Source: Octopus vulgaris | Taxonomy: Eukaryota | Direction of reading: 5' to 3' | Assembly: GCA_951406725.2 (NCBI GenBank) | Contig: OX597819.1 | Coordinates: forward strand, 125,364,001 to 125,428,000 | Length of the DNA stretch: 64,000 nt | The notes under the pieces: model-generated | What the model was told of the DNA's origin: nothing | The model's input: only the letters and a program-made list of their open reading frames with translations | The model's database searches: none | Program-made: the position numbers and the translations under genes | Shown here: positions 37,931 through 50,469 of the stretch, piece after piece | Layout: every line of letters starts with the position of its first letter | How positions within the stretch are numbered: position 1 is the first letter of the stretch

Positions 37931-39752
37931 CTATATGCATATATGTATATGTGTGTGTATATATATGTGTGTGTGTATATGTGTATGCATATATGTATAT
38001 ATTTGTGTATGTATGTGTATATATATAGTTCTATATATAATATATATATGTATATATATATATTGCTTACTATTCCATTAGATGTAGGATCTCCAGTGAG
38101 AGATAAATATTATTTAATATACACAGTTTGCAAAAGAGCTACTAATAGTTTCATGCTGTAGAGATACAATAATTTGGCAGATTTGTATAACATGCCATAC
38201 ATCCCCAAGCAATCTTTGAGGCTTAATGTTTACCATTAGGCCACATGCTCAGAGATGCATTACACCTTATGTGAATTTACCAAATTAGTGTATCTCTTCA
38301 GCATGTAACTATTAGTAGCTTTTTTTGTAAATTGTATATATCAAATGATACACCTATATATGTATGTCTATACACATATGTTTATATATATTTATTCATG
38401 TGTGTGTATACATGTGCATATATATATACTTTATTTAAAGCAGTTGAATTTTCTGGTGCTTTAAATAAAGCATATTACTCTACCACTGGTATTTGAGTAC
38501 TCTTTTTTCCACCTTGTTTCACATTTATGTGTTTACTCCGGTATATATATATATATATATATATAGACATACACACTTTTATATGTATACATATAAATAT
38601 GAATATTTCTTTGTATGGTTGTATATATACATACACATGTGTATATATGTATTCTTTATATATATATATATTAATGTTCACTTCTAAATACAGGTGCTTG
38701 TAAATGTAAATATGCAGATATATCTTTATGTATACACACACACACACACATATATACATAAATAAATATATATATAATTATGTAGACATACACATACATA
38801 AATGCAGTACACCTGTGCACACATATGTATGTATGCATTTCTCATATACATACACCATAGATATATATATAAACCTATTCTAGATCAACCTGTTGAATTT
38901 TTGGCCAGTGAAAGAGTGTGGGAAGGTGCAATTTTGGTTTTGGTTTCCCTGTTACCTGTATCTATTGAGAAAGGTTTTTTAAAATGTCACTCAACAGGGC
39001 TCTTTAATCAAAATCTTATATACAACATAAAAATTCAAAAAAAAAAAACAAAAACAATAATAATGTTTCTAAACTCACAAATCTTAAATATTAACTGATT
39101 TGAAGAGTACCGTAGAAGAGAGTAGGTAAAAATGCACAACGAAACATGAATTTTGTCGTATATAACTAAGTTATAGAGTAAGTAGATGGGAGATATAAGA
39201 ATAATAATAAAAAAAAATAATGTTATAAATGAACCTATGTCTTTGTGTGTTTGCATATGTTGTGTATGTATGGTATGATGGATTTAGAAAATAAATATCA
39301 TTTAGCAAAGGAAAGCAAATATGTGAATGTGTGTTTGTTTCTGAAAGAAGTATAGAAAGAAAAAAAAAAAGTAGAAGGCAAGAAATGGTGAGTGTAAAAG
39401 TTTATGGGTGACTGATTGAGAGCAAGAATGAAGGGCAGAAAAGCAAAAGGGAACATGAGAATGCATTGTATTCTTCTATCAAACCATATTTTATATCTGT
39501 AGAACTTAAACTGTTGCCCATTAATGTTGTCTTTGCTATTTTCCCTGGTTTCTAACACACATATACACACATATATAAAATAACAGAAAACTACTTTGCA
39601 AACAGATGAGCTGTTGTCTTGATTATTTTTACCTTTTGTACATCATAAACAAATGTCATTTACTTTTGTATACACATATGCACTCAGTCACACATACACA
39701 ATCAATACAAAATGTAGGCGTCTCTAATTTTCATTCTTTTATTTTATATAGA

Positions 39753-39787
<35 letters not shown>

Positions 39788-42700
39788 TACTTTTTAGTCT
39801 GAGATTTTTACAGGTGGTACAATACAAGTAAATTAATAGTAATAGTAATAATTTATGATGGTGTGGATGGTGATAAGCTAAGCACCATGTTGTACCAATG
39901 ATACATTGATATTAGCACACAGTTATCCATAATATGAATACAGTGATAAACTTTGAACAAAATGCAATAATAATAATAATATTTATAACAACTATACATC
40001 AAAAATGAATAATTCAAAGTAAAAAAAATGTTAAAAATAAAACTGACTGAATTCCTCTTAAGTTTTTATTTGGCGTCACCTAAAGTTTTTTGCTGTGTTT
40101 CTAGGAACTTTGTAATCTCCGTAATAATTTTACCATCTTTCCTTTTTCTAATGCTCTCATCTCCTCTTCCCTTCCCACCATATTTCCTGTTATGTTTATT
40201 TCCTTCTTCTCAATAAGGATGTCCTTGTTTCAGCCCCTCCTCCTCCTCCAACACATTTCAGTTCTTGATTTGTGCTCTGTTTCTGTTTCTTTAACTTTTA
40301 GTTTCCTCCTCATAGAGTTTGCTGTATTTGAAATTTCCTCTCTCTCCTTATTGCTATTGTGTAGCACCACCCACCCACTCCTGCTCCTATCCTAATTGAT
40401 CAGACTTATGATCAAGGACATTCCAGTTGTGACCATCCCATCTTTTTCTTTGAACAGAGAAACTCAGTACCACTTCATCTAATATATCTGTTCTCTAAGT
40501 GATTTGGTAATTTAAAAATTTTGTTGATTTTAACCATCACTAGACCATGTAGGGATCCCCCCCCCCCCCAAATCCTTTAAACTAGCAAAACTTTGAGTAA
40601 AATAATTCCAGCCATGAGCATCCCTGCAAAATTTTTTCAGGCTATTTTGTTATAATAATGAAATTATTGTATACAGTGCTCAGGTGCACCACAACTTGTC
40701 AGCACTTTCACATACTTTACTACTTCATCTTTTAGTCAAGAGGAAAGGTAGCATTCATGGCTCTTTACAGAGCCTCTGAGACAAGTGAGAAGAAGGTATG
40801 GAAGTTTCTTTAAACTAGAGACCTAGTTTGAACACTTCTAACAGAGTGGCCTCTATTGAAAGCATCCAAAGACCAGGTGGTAATGGAATTAAACCCGGCC
40901 ATAAATTCAGTCTAAAACCCAAGTAGAGTACTGCAGGATTTGAACAGAGCTAGAACAAGTAACACAAATCAACTTACCATTCCATCAGTCCACTGCCTTG
41001 GATCAGTACTTTCTTTGTTGACTCTGAAAGAATGAAAAAAAAGCAAAGATGATCTTGGTGAGATTTGAACTTTGAGTGCAAAGTTAGAAGGAATTCTGTA
41101 AGGCATTTTATTTGATGCACTAACAACTGTACTAATACCCAGCCTTTGTTGACCACATATAGCCTTTATTTTATTTTTACATTTATAGGACAAAAATATA
41201 TTAAGTTTATTATAGATAAGCCATCTCTGGGGTTAACATTGACTGATGTAAAATGTGACCCTCATGTCGAGAATACAGTAACTTTTTTAGACTCAGCTCT
41301 GGGAAATATATTAATTGAAAGATATCTTTTTCTGTTGAATAGGATCCCAGCCTATCACAAGTTCATGTTTTGTTGTTTATTTTTTTTCTTAGAGGGGGAT
41401 TTGAACTCAGTATTGCTTGCTAAAGAAATGTCATTTCATAATATTATTATACAGCACTCCTGTATCTAGCCATGTTGCTTTCTAACCTTAAATAAAACTT
41501 TCAAATGCTTTCTAATCATTTTCTTTTAAGTTTAAGGTAGTAAAAGAAAAGGGTATCATATAAAGGAGATTTGACTGTTATTTCTAGCTAGTTGAAAAAC
41601 AATGTTGAGGTACATATTATTATTATGGCATTATTTCATCAGACGTTGACAGGTTTGAACGTTTCGTGTCTTTGCCTTACACACCATGCAATGTCGGTCA
41701 CAGGATATGAACCTTGCACCATACTGACTCCTCAGCAGCAATTCTATATCTTTAATTTACTTTACCTAATCCAAAAAATCTTTCAGCTTCATTTCATATT
41801 TTTAATCTTTTCTACTCAATGTCTTTGTTGTTGTGTTTGTTCACTTTTCCACATCAGTTTTGCTGTCTAATTGCTAATTATTTATATTAAGTTTTAAATT
41901 AAAAAGAACAAAAGAACAAGTGTTTCAACACTACTGTCCAACTTTCAAACTTCAAACAATTTATAGCATTCTATACGTTTTTTTCATTCATCAATTTATT
42001 CTAGTTTAATATTTCTTATATTGGAAACTGATGCTGGATTTCTTAGTGTTTTTTCTGGGAGTAGATAGGGATCAATTGATCCCACCCTCTCATCTTCCCA
42101 TCATTCTTTACAAACTGACTATAAATTATCTAACTTTTTTTTACCCAATTATTACTTGAAAATATTTCTAAATATTTTCCTGATCAAATGCATATTTAAT
42201 TAATTTTAACATCTGTTTGTGAATATTTTGATTATTTTGCTTTCTCTTGTTGTTATTCAATAATATCGGTGTTGTTTATGTGATATGTTTTTAAGTCTGC
42301 AAAATGAAATGGTGGAGCTGTTCCTCATTGCTCTGTACTTAATTACATCTGTTGTATAATATTATTTATATAATTGGTCTTTAATTAATTGCTGCTGGAT
42401 AGCATCAACACGTACACAAACACCTACCCTCAAATACAAACATTATTTGATCTAATATATAAACATGCAGTAATATTTATAATGATAGACATGTGTATTG
42501 TTTTTGAATGTGTATGTGTGTGTCTCTCTCTGTATTCATGTATAAATACATGAATACACACTACATGGTTTCTTATCACCAGAACCTCCAAACAGAACTT
42601 TGCATGGCAGAACATGACCGCTTCTAGGTACATCTGGAGGTTTCAGCAGAGTTGGTGAATCCTATCAAAATTCAAGGGAGCTAGGTTCTTCTTATTTTTC

Positions 42701-44489
42701 AAGAAGTGGGGCCCTTCAGATTACAAGTCTTCCCTTGGCTCTCCAGGCTCCCTGCTGATTTACCAGCTGACCTCCTACTCCACCTTTTACAGTCCCTGCT
42801 TATTGAGGTCTGGCCATTCACAGAATGTGATTCCTTTCATGCTCTATTGGGAAGAACAGAGCCGATTAAATTGTACACAACTTCTGTTTATTTATTTTAT
42901 TGGACCTCAGAAGGGTGAAAGTCCTTGTTGGGATTTGAACATAATCCTTAATTGATTACTAGATAGCATTTCAAAATGCTTTCTTTTAAGTGTGATGATC
43001 TTGTAGATCAAAGAGAAAATGTTACAATAGATTTTTCAATAATAGTGAAATTACTTTTACAATAGTTTTAATTTCTGTTGTGAAGCTTCATGCTAAATAG
43101 TGGTGATAATTTTTTAATGAATTTTACATTTCTATTCTGTGCTCCCATATATAAAGAAACCCCTACTTTATCCTTTTTTTTTTTTTGTCTTTTTGGCACT
43201 TTAGTCTTTAGTTTTGTTATAAATTCATAATGTATTGTGTGAAGTACCGTCAATAGCCTGCACATTATGTTCAGTCTAAACAGTATGTATTGAACTGGTA
43301 ATACCTTCGTCAAACGACCTGGTGTGTGTTTCATGGTTGGAGTACTTTGCCTTCGTAAAGGATGAATCCAACATAATATTGTTTACTTGCATAAAGCCAT
43401 ACACACCCTCAGTGTAGTACCTTTGGTTTTCTACTAGTTCTTGATAATTTTTCCTTGGAAATCATCATTATTTCTTGAGATAAAAATGTACTTTATCCCA
43501 AAAGAAATTATATATACTCAGTGACAATTCCAATACTGTTTTGAAGAGAATTTGCTTAAGGTTACTCCTGCAACTATGCTTTTTTTTTTTTTTTTTTTTG
43601 ACAGGGTGGGGATTAGCTTTATTTAGTAAGTGGAAAGATGTTTGTGAAATTTAACCTCTTATTGTCAAAATAAAATTTAAATAATTTTTAATGCATGTTA
43701 CTAATTGCTAACAGAAATGAGAGCTGAAAAATATATTTTGATTTTTAGTGCACTTTGAGCATTTCTGCCTAAGAGTGGATATTAAGAGTGCCTACAGATA
43801 GAAGCTGTGATATCTTTTTGACTACACACAGGCCAATTTTTAAAGAAATGGATTATAGTAAATGTAATTATCGTAGTACATTACTGTTGCTTCTTTCAAG
43901 GGTCCATTGAATAAGTTAAGGGTCAAGTTTGCCTTTGACAAATTAGATGCAATATTAATTACTACAGTTAAAATATTCCATTTGGTTACAACTGTTTGCA
44001 CTACTCTTATCCTTCATTTTAATTTTGATATTATGTGGGTTCAAATCGTATCTATTAGTCTTCGATTTGTTTTACAACATGTTTTTTTTACATGATTTAA
44101 AAAAAAAAAATTTACATGGGTTCTTTAATGAATAGAGGTTGTTTTATGTGTATTTCAGTACTAGAACATTGACTGCAACTTAATGTGCCACTTTTGTGAA
44201 TGAAATAAAAGGAGAGCAGGCGAGAAAGAGAAATAGGGGGTTTGTGTGTACGGAGCGCTAAGCAAAAGAGTAAGATGCAACATAAAACTGCTGAAATGAT
44301 GCTCAATACAACAGAATACTGTGTCTATAGTCTACTTTAATACAATAGCATCCATCAAGGAGTAACATTTGAAGGATATTACAAAATGTAGGTCACAAGT
44401 GAGAACATCAAATGTTGGATAAATGTGTGACAAAAAAAAAATGTTCATATCATACCCCAGTTCTTCTAACATAGAAATAACAAAATTTC

Positions 44490-44903
44490 CGGATCTTTTC
44501 GGTTTGAACGGCAGTTTTTTCTAGCGATGCCATATGAAATTGTCACCCATAATTATGACCCAAGTATCGATCTATTGCATTTCAATCTGTTTTAGGGGTG
44601 GGGGGAAGGGTATCTTTTTTTCTTCACAAATGTAAATAAACCCAATCTGTTTCTTAAACAAGGGACATATTCATACGGCACAGAATGTTTTTTTTTACCT
44701 CAATAGACGTCATTGATTGGTTGAAATGGCAGAAATTGAAGAAAGAAAAACAACAAATATCTTACAAACTATAAAATTTTCTCAATAAAGCCAAGAGAAA
44801 AAGATGCTGTATAAACACATTCTACCAGTATACGAAGTTTAAAAGTGTTTAGTTTTTCGTGGAAATTATTTTAAAAAACTGCCGTTCAAACCGAAAAGAT
44901 CCG
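44490..44903. mobile_element. MITE with ~30-bp perfect TIRs; a second copy begins at ~63990
   Basis: cggatcttttcggtttgaacggcagtttttt ... aaaaaactgccgttcaaaccgaaaagatccg; flanking duplication AATTTC on both sides. Confidence 0.85.
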
Positions 44904-46410
44904 AATTTCCAGTTCTGAAGAACTGTATTGCAATACAGTGGTTTTGTAAAATGACATGAAGTGTCTTTGGTGGTTTAATAAATGAAATACAATGTGTTCA
45001 TTGATTGTTAAATGAAGAATGGTTTCTGTAAAATGAGTACAATGTAATGAGTGATTGTCATACAATGAAAAAAAAAAAATGTACGTCTGGTATTCTAATG
45101 GGTTTTTCTTTTTTTTAATGAAAGCTATTTTATTTAATATTTTTTCTCTTTCTGCTGTAAACTGTTCTCAACTTCTATAAATTCTCCTGATATTATACAC
45201 GGACATGCTATCCAAATTCTGCGCAATACTTTACCATGCCAGTTTCTTATTCACATTTTTCTACTTGATGGCAAGATGGATCTACCTTGAGAGTCTGTCC
45301 TACTTTCTTCCCAGATGTTGGGGTTTATTATATTGCATCCTCATTGTATGGACTATGAATCTACACAATATATATACATATATATATGTATGTATGTATG
45401 TATATATATATAAACTTTAAGATGAAACTTCAGCTAACATAAATCTATAAATGAAGATTTATTATGTAATACCAAACAGTATAATCTTTAGAATATAAAT
45501 GATGTAAAAATATGAAATATATTCTTCCATCCAGAAACATTAATTTTCTCACTCATTTTTTTTTTTTTAAACCAAAAAAAAAAAAAAACTTTGAGTGAAT
45601 GTCTGAACATTGAGATCCTTAAAGTTGTCTCCCCCAACCCCTACCTTCCACCTTTTCTCACTTTTGAACCTGAAAAAGTCACCACAAAAGAATAACAGCG
45701 TACTCATGTATCAATATATTTTCAGAAACGATCTTTATAACAATCTCACTGCACCCATTCACTCAATTTCAGAATATGGCAATATGAAATGTATCTTAAA
45801 AGTGCCATCTTTATATCAAAGTGAAAAAAAAAAAAGAAAAAAAGAGAAAATTGATCTTGATTTCTTAAAATAATCTCTATTTTCAAAATTGAAAAAAAAA
45901 AAAACAGACAAAACGTAACTCTCCTAATATCTACAACTTTTTTAACCTATCATGTGAACAGCTAGTTGTGTATGATTCTTATGATTCAATTAAAGTTTGG
46001 ATTGTCTCTAACTTGGTCAGTAAATTCAAAATTTACTCTTGCCACATCAACACCTCTTCTTTATATTCGAGTGAGCACTGCAGAGTAAAGAACTGCAGGT
46101 GGCTTTGCATGACTGCTTTTCAGTCCCTTGTTATAGTCATTTAATTTCACTCAACTTTACCAATGTGCTGTGTGGCAAAAGACAAGTATGCCACATGACC
46201 AAACATCCTTCTCCATGTACTATAAAAAAATATATCAAACAAACCTGAAACTTCAGTTTGAAATAAATGAATTCCAGATAAGATTCTTAACTGACTTTTT
46301 GAACATTAAATACACATCTCCAAAGTATCTCCATTTGTGAAACACCTTTAAAGTGTCTCATCCCCACAGGTATCTCATTTATCTCCTCGAGTGTTTTATT
46401 TTACCTGACA

Positions 46411-46930
46411 TAATAATAATAATGAAATTATTGGATACAGTGCTCAGGTGCGCCACAACTTGTCAAAAGTGCATATACAAATGTCTGGAAAGCGAACAGT
46501 GTATGAGTCAGATACATGATTGCATGTGTACGGAGGGGAGAAAATCAGGTGTAGTGTTGGTGAATCTCAGGAAGCATGGAAGTTTTGAAGGATGCAGTGC
46601 TCTAACAACTGATGCCAGCAATTTGTTCCATGCTTCAGCAACTCTTAGCGTGAAAAAAAATGTTTCCGTAAGTCATGGGAGCTGTGCTGTTTTCTGACTT
46701 TGTAAACATGTCCACGGGTGTTAGACAGGTGGAGTTTGAAAAGGTGCTCAGAGTTATTGTTTGTAAGATGGTTAATAATTTTATGAGTGTCTGTCAAGTC
46801 AGCTGCCAGACGTCGGAGTTTCAATGTGTCCATGCCCAGGGAAGTAAGGCATTCAGAATATGGCAAATGGTTACACGTCGCTGAATGGCTTCCAGACGCT
46901 TAATATCCTGGGCAAGATATTCCAGACAAG
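46411..46930 (-). mobile_element. CR1-clade LINE 3' end (same family)
   Basis: Reverse complement of the 27271 copy, extending slightly further 5'. Confidence 0.85.
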
Positions 46931-47434
46931 TGATGCAAATTCCAGGTGGTTGCATTACTGAAAAGCATCTCCTTTTAGTCAACTTTGCTATGTAGCCTTA
47001 GAGTGTCTCTTACATTTCCATATCTAATATACAATATTATCTGCTCTACTGTGATATAGTCCTATAAGTGAGTTCCTAAGTGGGATTGATTTACCAAAAG
47101 CATAAAGGTTCTGTTAGTGCTTATTTCAAAACATTTCTTTTTCTTTGGCAAAGCAGCATCTCCAAAGAACAGGACATTGAATTCACTTGTGATAATATCT
47201 ATTAATTACTCTACAGGTCTTCTAATTACACTTAATAAGAGTGAAAATTATTACTTTAGGTCAGAATATACAAAAGAGATTACGAGTGAGAAGGTTATCT
47301 AAGTACCAACAAAAAAAAAATGTTTGAATTCTTCAACACTTGATGATATACAAGTATTTTCTCCAACTTCATTTTTCTGGGAATATGGGTCTGCGTTGAA
47401 GTTGTTACTTCATAAAGGGCTGATGTGGATATTG

Positions 47435-47755
47435 TGAGTGTGATCGTTGCCAGAGCAGCCAACTGGCTTCCGCACCCGTGGCACGTAAAAGGTCACCATT
47501 TGAGCGTGATCGTTACCAACGTCGCTTCACTGGCACGTGTAAAAAGATTCGAGCGAGGTCATTGCCAGTACCACCTGACTGGCCCCCAATGCCGGTGTCA
47601 CGTAAAAGCATCCACTACACTCTTGGAGTGGTTGGCATTAGGAAGGGCATCCAGCTGTTGAAACTCTGCCAGATCAAGATTGGAGTCTGGTTCGCCAGCC
47701 CTCAGTCAAAATCGTCCAACCCATGCTAGCATGGAAAGCGGACGTTAAACGATGA
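47435..47755 (+). mobile_element. Family B copy
   Basis: Family match. Further + strand copies at ~33749-33830, 47970-48157, 48660-48834, 50762-51065, 57771-58105, 61415-61679. Confidence 0.8.
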
Positions 47756-49065
47756 ACGAAGGAACTTGTCCAAGACAGCCATCATGCCTAATTTCAAAAT
47801 TATTTATTCACTTCTTTAGTGGGGGTCAGTCAGTGTTCTGAGCAAACGGAATTTGTGAACAGCTTCACATACTATGCTAATATCTATGGGAATGGCATGA
47901 ATGTAACAAACTCCAGTATCTCTAAAGTTGGATTATTGTCTTTTTACTATTTCTCAATTACTCTGTTTAGTGTGCTGGTGGCACGTAAAAAGCACCCACT
48001 ACACTCTCGGAGTGGTTGGCGTTAGGAAGGGCATCCAGCTGTAGAAACTCTGCCAGATCAAGATTGGGGCATGGTGCAGCCATCTGGTTCTCCAGCCCAC
48101 AGTCAAAATCGTCCAACCCATGCTAGCATGGAAAGTGGACGTTAAACGATGATGATGAGTGCGCGCGCGTGTGTGTGTGTGTGCATGCATGTGTGCGTGC
48201 ATGACTGTGTGTGTGTGTTTGTAAATTTTTATGAGAGAATGAGGAGCATTGTCCACAGCCTTTCTAAACCAGAAACCAAAAAAACGAGGCTGTGAGGATA
48301 CCATATGCTATTCTCAGTCTCATTTCTCTCCACCCCCAAGTTCAGTGTGAATGTCTCTAGTTTAGAACCAGTCATTGTATAAATACTATTACATCTTTGC
48401 TCTGTCATTCTTTTATCTCCTCTTTTCAAATCCTTAACGAGCATAATCATTCAACGACAGCTACTCAATCCATGTCATTCTTAAAACTGTAATTGTCACA
48501 GCTATTGGACATCCCCATTTATCAAATATGTAGCTGTGCATGCATCCATCTATGTGTATGTGGTGGGTGGATTATATACATACATAGATACACACACACA
48601 CAAGTACATACATATCTACACGTGATTGTGACATGTGGTTGTTTATATACATACATATATGTGGCACGCACCCACTACACTCTCGGAGTGGTTGGCGTTA
48701 GGAAGAGCAACCAGCTGTAGAAACTCTGCCAGATCAAGATTGGAGCCTGGTGCAGCCATCTGGTTCGCCAGCCCTCAGTCAAAATCGTCCAACCCATGCT
48801 AGCATGGAAAGCAGACGTTAAACGATGATGATGATATATGAAAGCAAATAGTTCACTCGAAGCATTGTAGCAGAGGAGAAAATGAAGGAAATGAGAAATA
48901 AAGAAAGCTTCTAACAATACAGAAAGTTTTACAAACAAAACATCTTTATATTTTGGGTGCAAAGGCCCATCTTCAGAAGAAGGCAAAGATATGTAGATTT
49001 ACATAGATTTCATTGATATAAACTGCTCAGCAGCAGCAATGCTCCAACAAGTGGAGGCAGCATAT

Positions 49066-49595
49066 AATAATAATAATAATAATGAGATTATTGTATAGAG
49101 TGCTCAGGTGCACCACAACTTGTCAAAAGTGCGTATAATGTATATGCAGTAATGTACAAATGTCTGGAAAGTGAACAATGTATGAGTCAGATACATGCTT
49201 GTGTGTGTATGGAGGGAGAAAATCAGGTGTAGTGTTGGCGAATCTCAGGAAGCATGGAAGTTTTGAAGGATGCAGTGCTCCGACAACTAACAACTGATGC
49301 CAGCAGTTTGTTCCATGCTTCAGCAACTCTTAGCATGAAAAAAATGTTTCCGAAAGTCATGGGAGCTGTGCCGTTTTCTGACTTTGTAAACATGTCCACG
49401 GTATTAGTGTTTGAAAAGGTGCTCAGAGTTATTGTTTGTAAGATGGTTAATAATTTTATGGGTGTCTGCCAAGTCAGCTGCCAGATGTCGGGGTTTCAAA
49501 GTGTCCATGCCCAGGGAAGTAAGGCGTTCAGAATATGGCAAATGCCCGATGGAGGGTATTCTTTTGGTTGCACATCGCTGAACGGCTTCCAGACA
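49066..49595 (-). mobile_element. CR1-clade LINE 3' end (same family); tiny tail fragment also at ~40652-40700
   Basis: Reverse complement of the 27271/31376 copies. Confidence 0.85.
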
Positions 49596-49684
49596 ATATG
49601 TCAGTCATAGTTGCAATTATGTATCCATAGGAGCCACTGGACCATCTCAGATCAGCTATTGATTTTCAGGTTGAGGCAGTGGAT

Positions 49685-50090
49685 CAAGTTGGCCCAACCC
49701 CATCAGGGCTAAGATCAGCTGTTTACATAACAAGATCACCTGGATATACAAGAAATGCAGTGACAATACCTATTTCTTTACTACCCACAAGGGACTAAAC
49801 ACAGAGGGGACAAACAGATTAAGTCAATTACATTAATTTATCGACCCCGAAACGATGAAAGGCAAAGTCGACCTTGGCAGAATTTGAACTCAGAACGTAA
49901 CGGCAGACGAAATACCGCTAAGCATTTTGCCCGGCGTGCTAACGATTCTGCCAGCTCGCTGCCTTTGACAATACCTGCCAGGATACATGCTGCTCAGTTC
50001 CTAAAGGTACTTGGGACCAACAGATACCCAACATCTGTTGTTAATTCCATCTGCAAACACAAACCAAATATACATAGCAATAGGAATCTG
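49685..50090 (+). mobile_element. Second fragment of the same Penelope-like family with a nested SINE
   Basis: Similar to 51801-51985 once the SINE at 49772-49965 is removed. Confidence 0.75.
49772..49965 (-). mobile_element. SINE family C with TSD tgacaatacct, nested in a Penelope fragment
   Basis: Duplication at 49761-49771 and 49966-49976; the empty-site equivalent is visible at ~51871. Confidence 0.9.
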
Positions 50091-50469
50091 GTTTAAGCAT
50101 CCCATATAACCACCACCACCCCACCATAACTTTTTTATCTTTTTGAATTTTTGCAAATTTGTGTTCTACACACAGGAATTCATACGATTATGAAAAATAA
50201 CAAAAGAAGAAAAATTTTTGTGTGTGTGACCTAATGACTACTTAGCTGTTGCTTTTAGCACATCTCATGACCACCTGATACTTTCCTCATTTCTTTTTTT
50301 TTTTTTTGTTTTTGTCACTAACATATTAATGTGTTTCAATATCTTTCTCCCCAGAAACACATTTAATGGTCTATTGTCACGATTTAAGCCAAAAATTTGG
50401 ACTGTCTGTATTTTAAGCTCTGATTTTTTTTAATTTGAAAATTGAAAAAAAGTTTGTTCTTTTTCCATA

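Larger units (their letters stand above)
35530..38870. repeat. Cluster of compound (TA)/(CA)/(TG) low-complexity microsatellite tracts
   Basis: Alternating purine-pyrimidine tracts at 35530-35970, 36450-36670, 37000-37490, 37855-38060, 38340-38870. Confidence 0.9.

Noticed and set aside
35533-38759. Long Cys/Val/Tyr/Ile/His/Thr-rich ORFs (also 15772-16400 and 62055-62834)
   Set aside because: Translations of TA/CA/TG microsatellites, open in several frames on both strands.
41630-41690. Minus-strand CGAAACGTTC...CTGATGA hammerhead-like words
   Set aside because: Could not build stems I and II consistently; at most a decayed remnant.
46157-46219. Kinase subdomain IX-like DVWSCGI on the minus strand
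   Set aside because: The frame stops 10 codons later and no other kinase motifs are nearby; likely chance.
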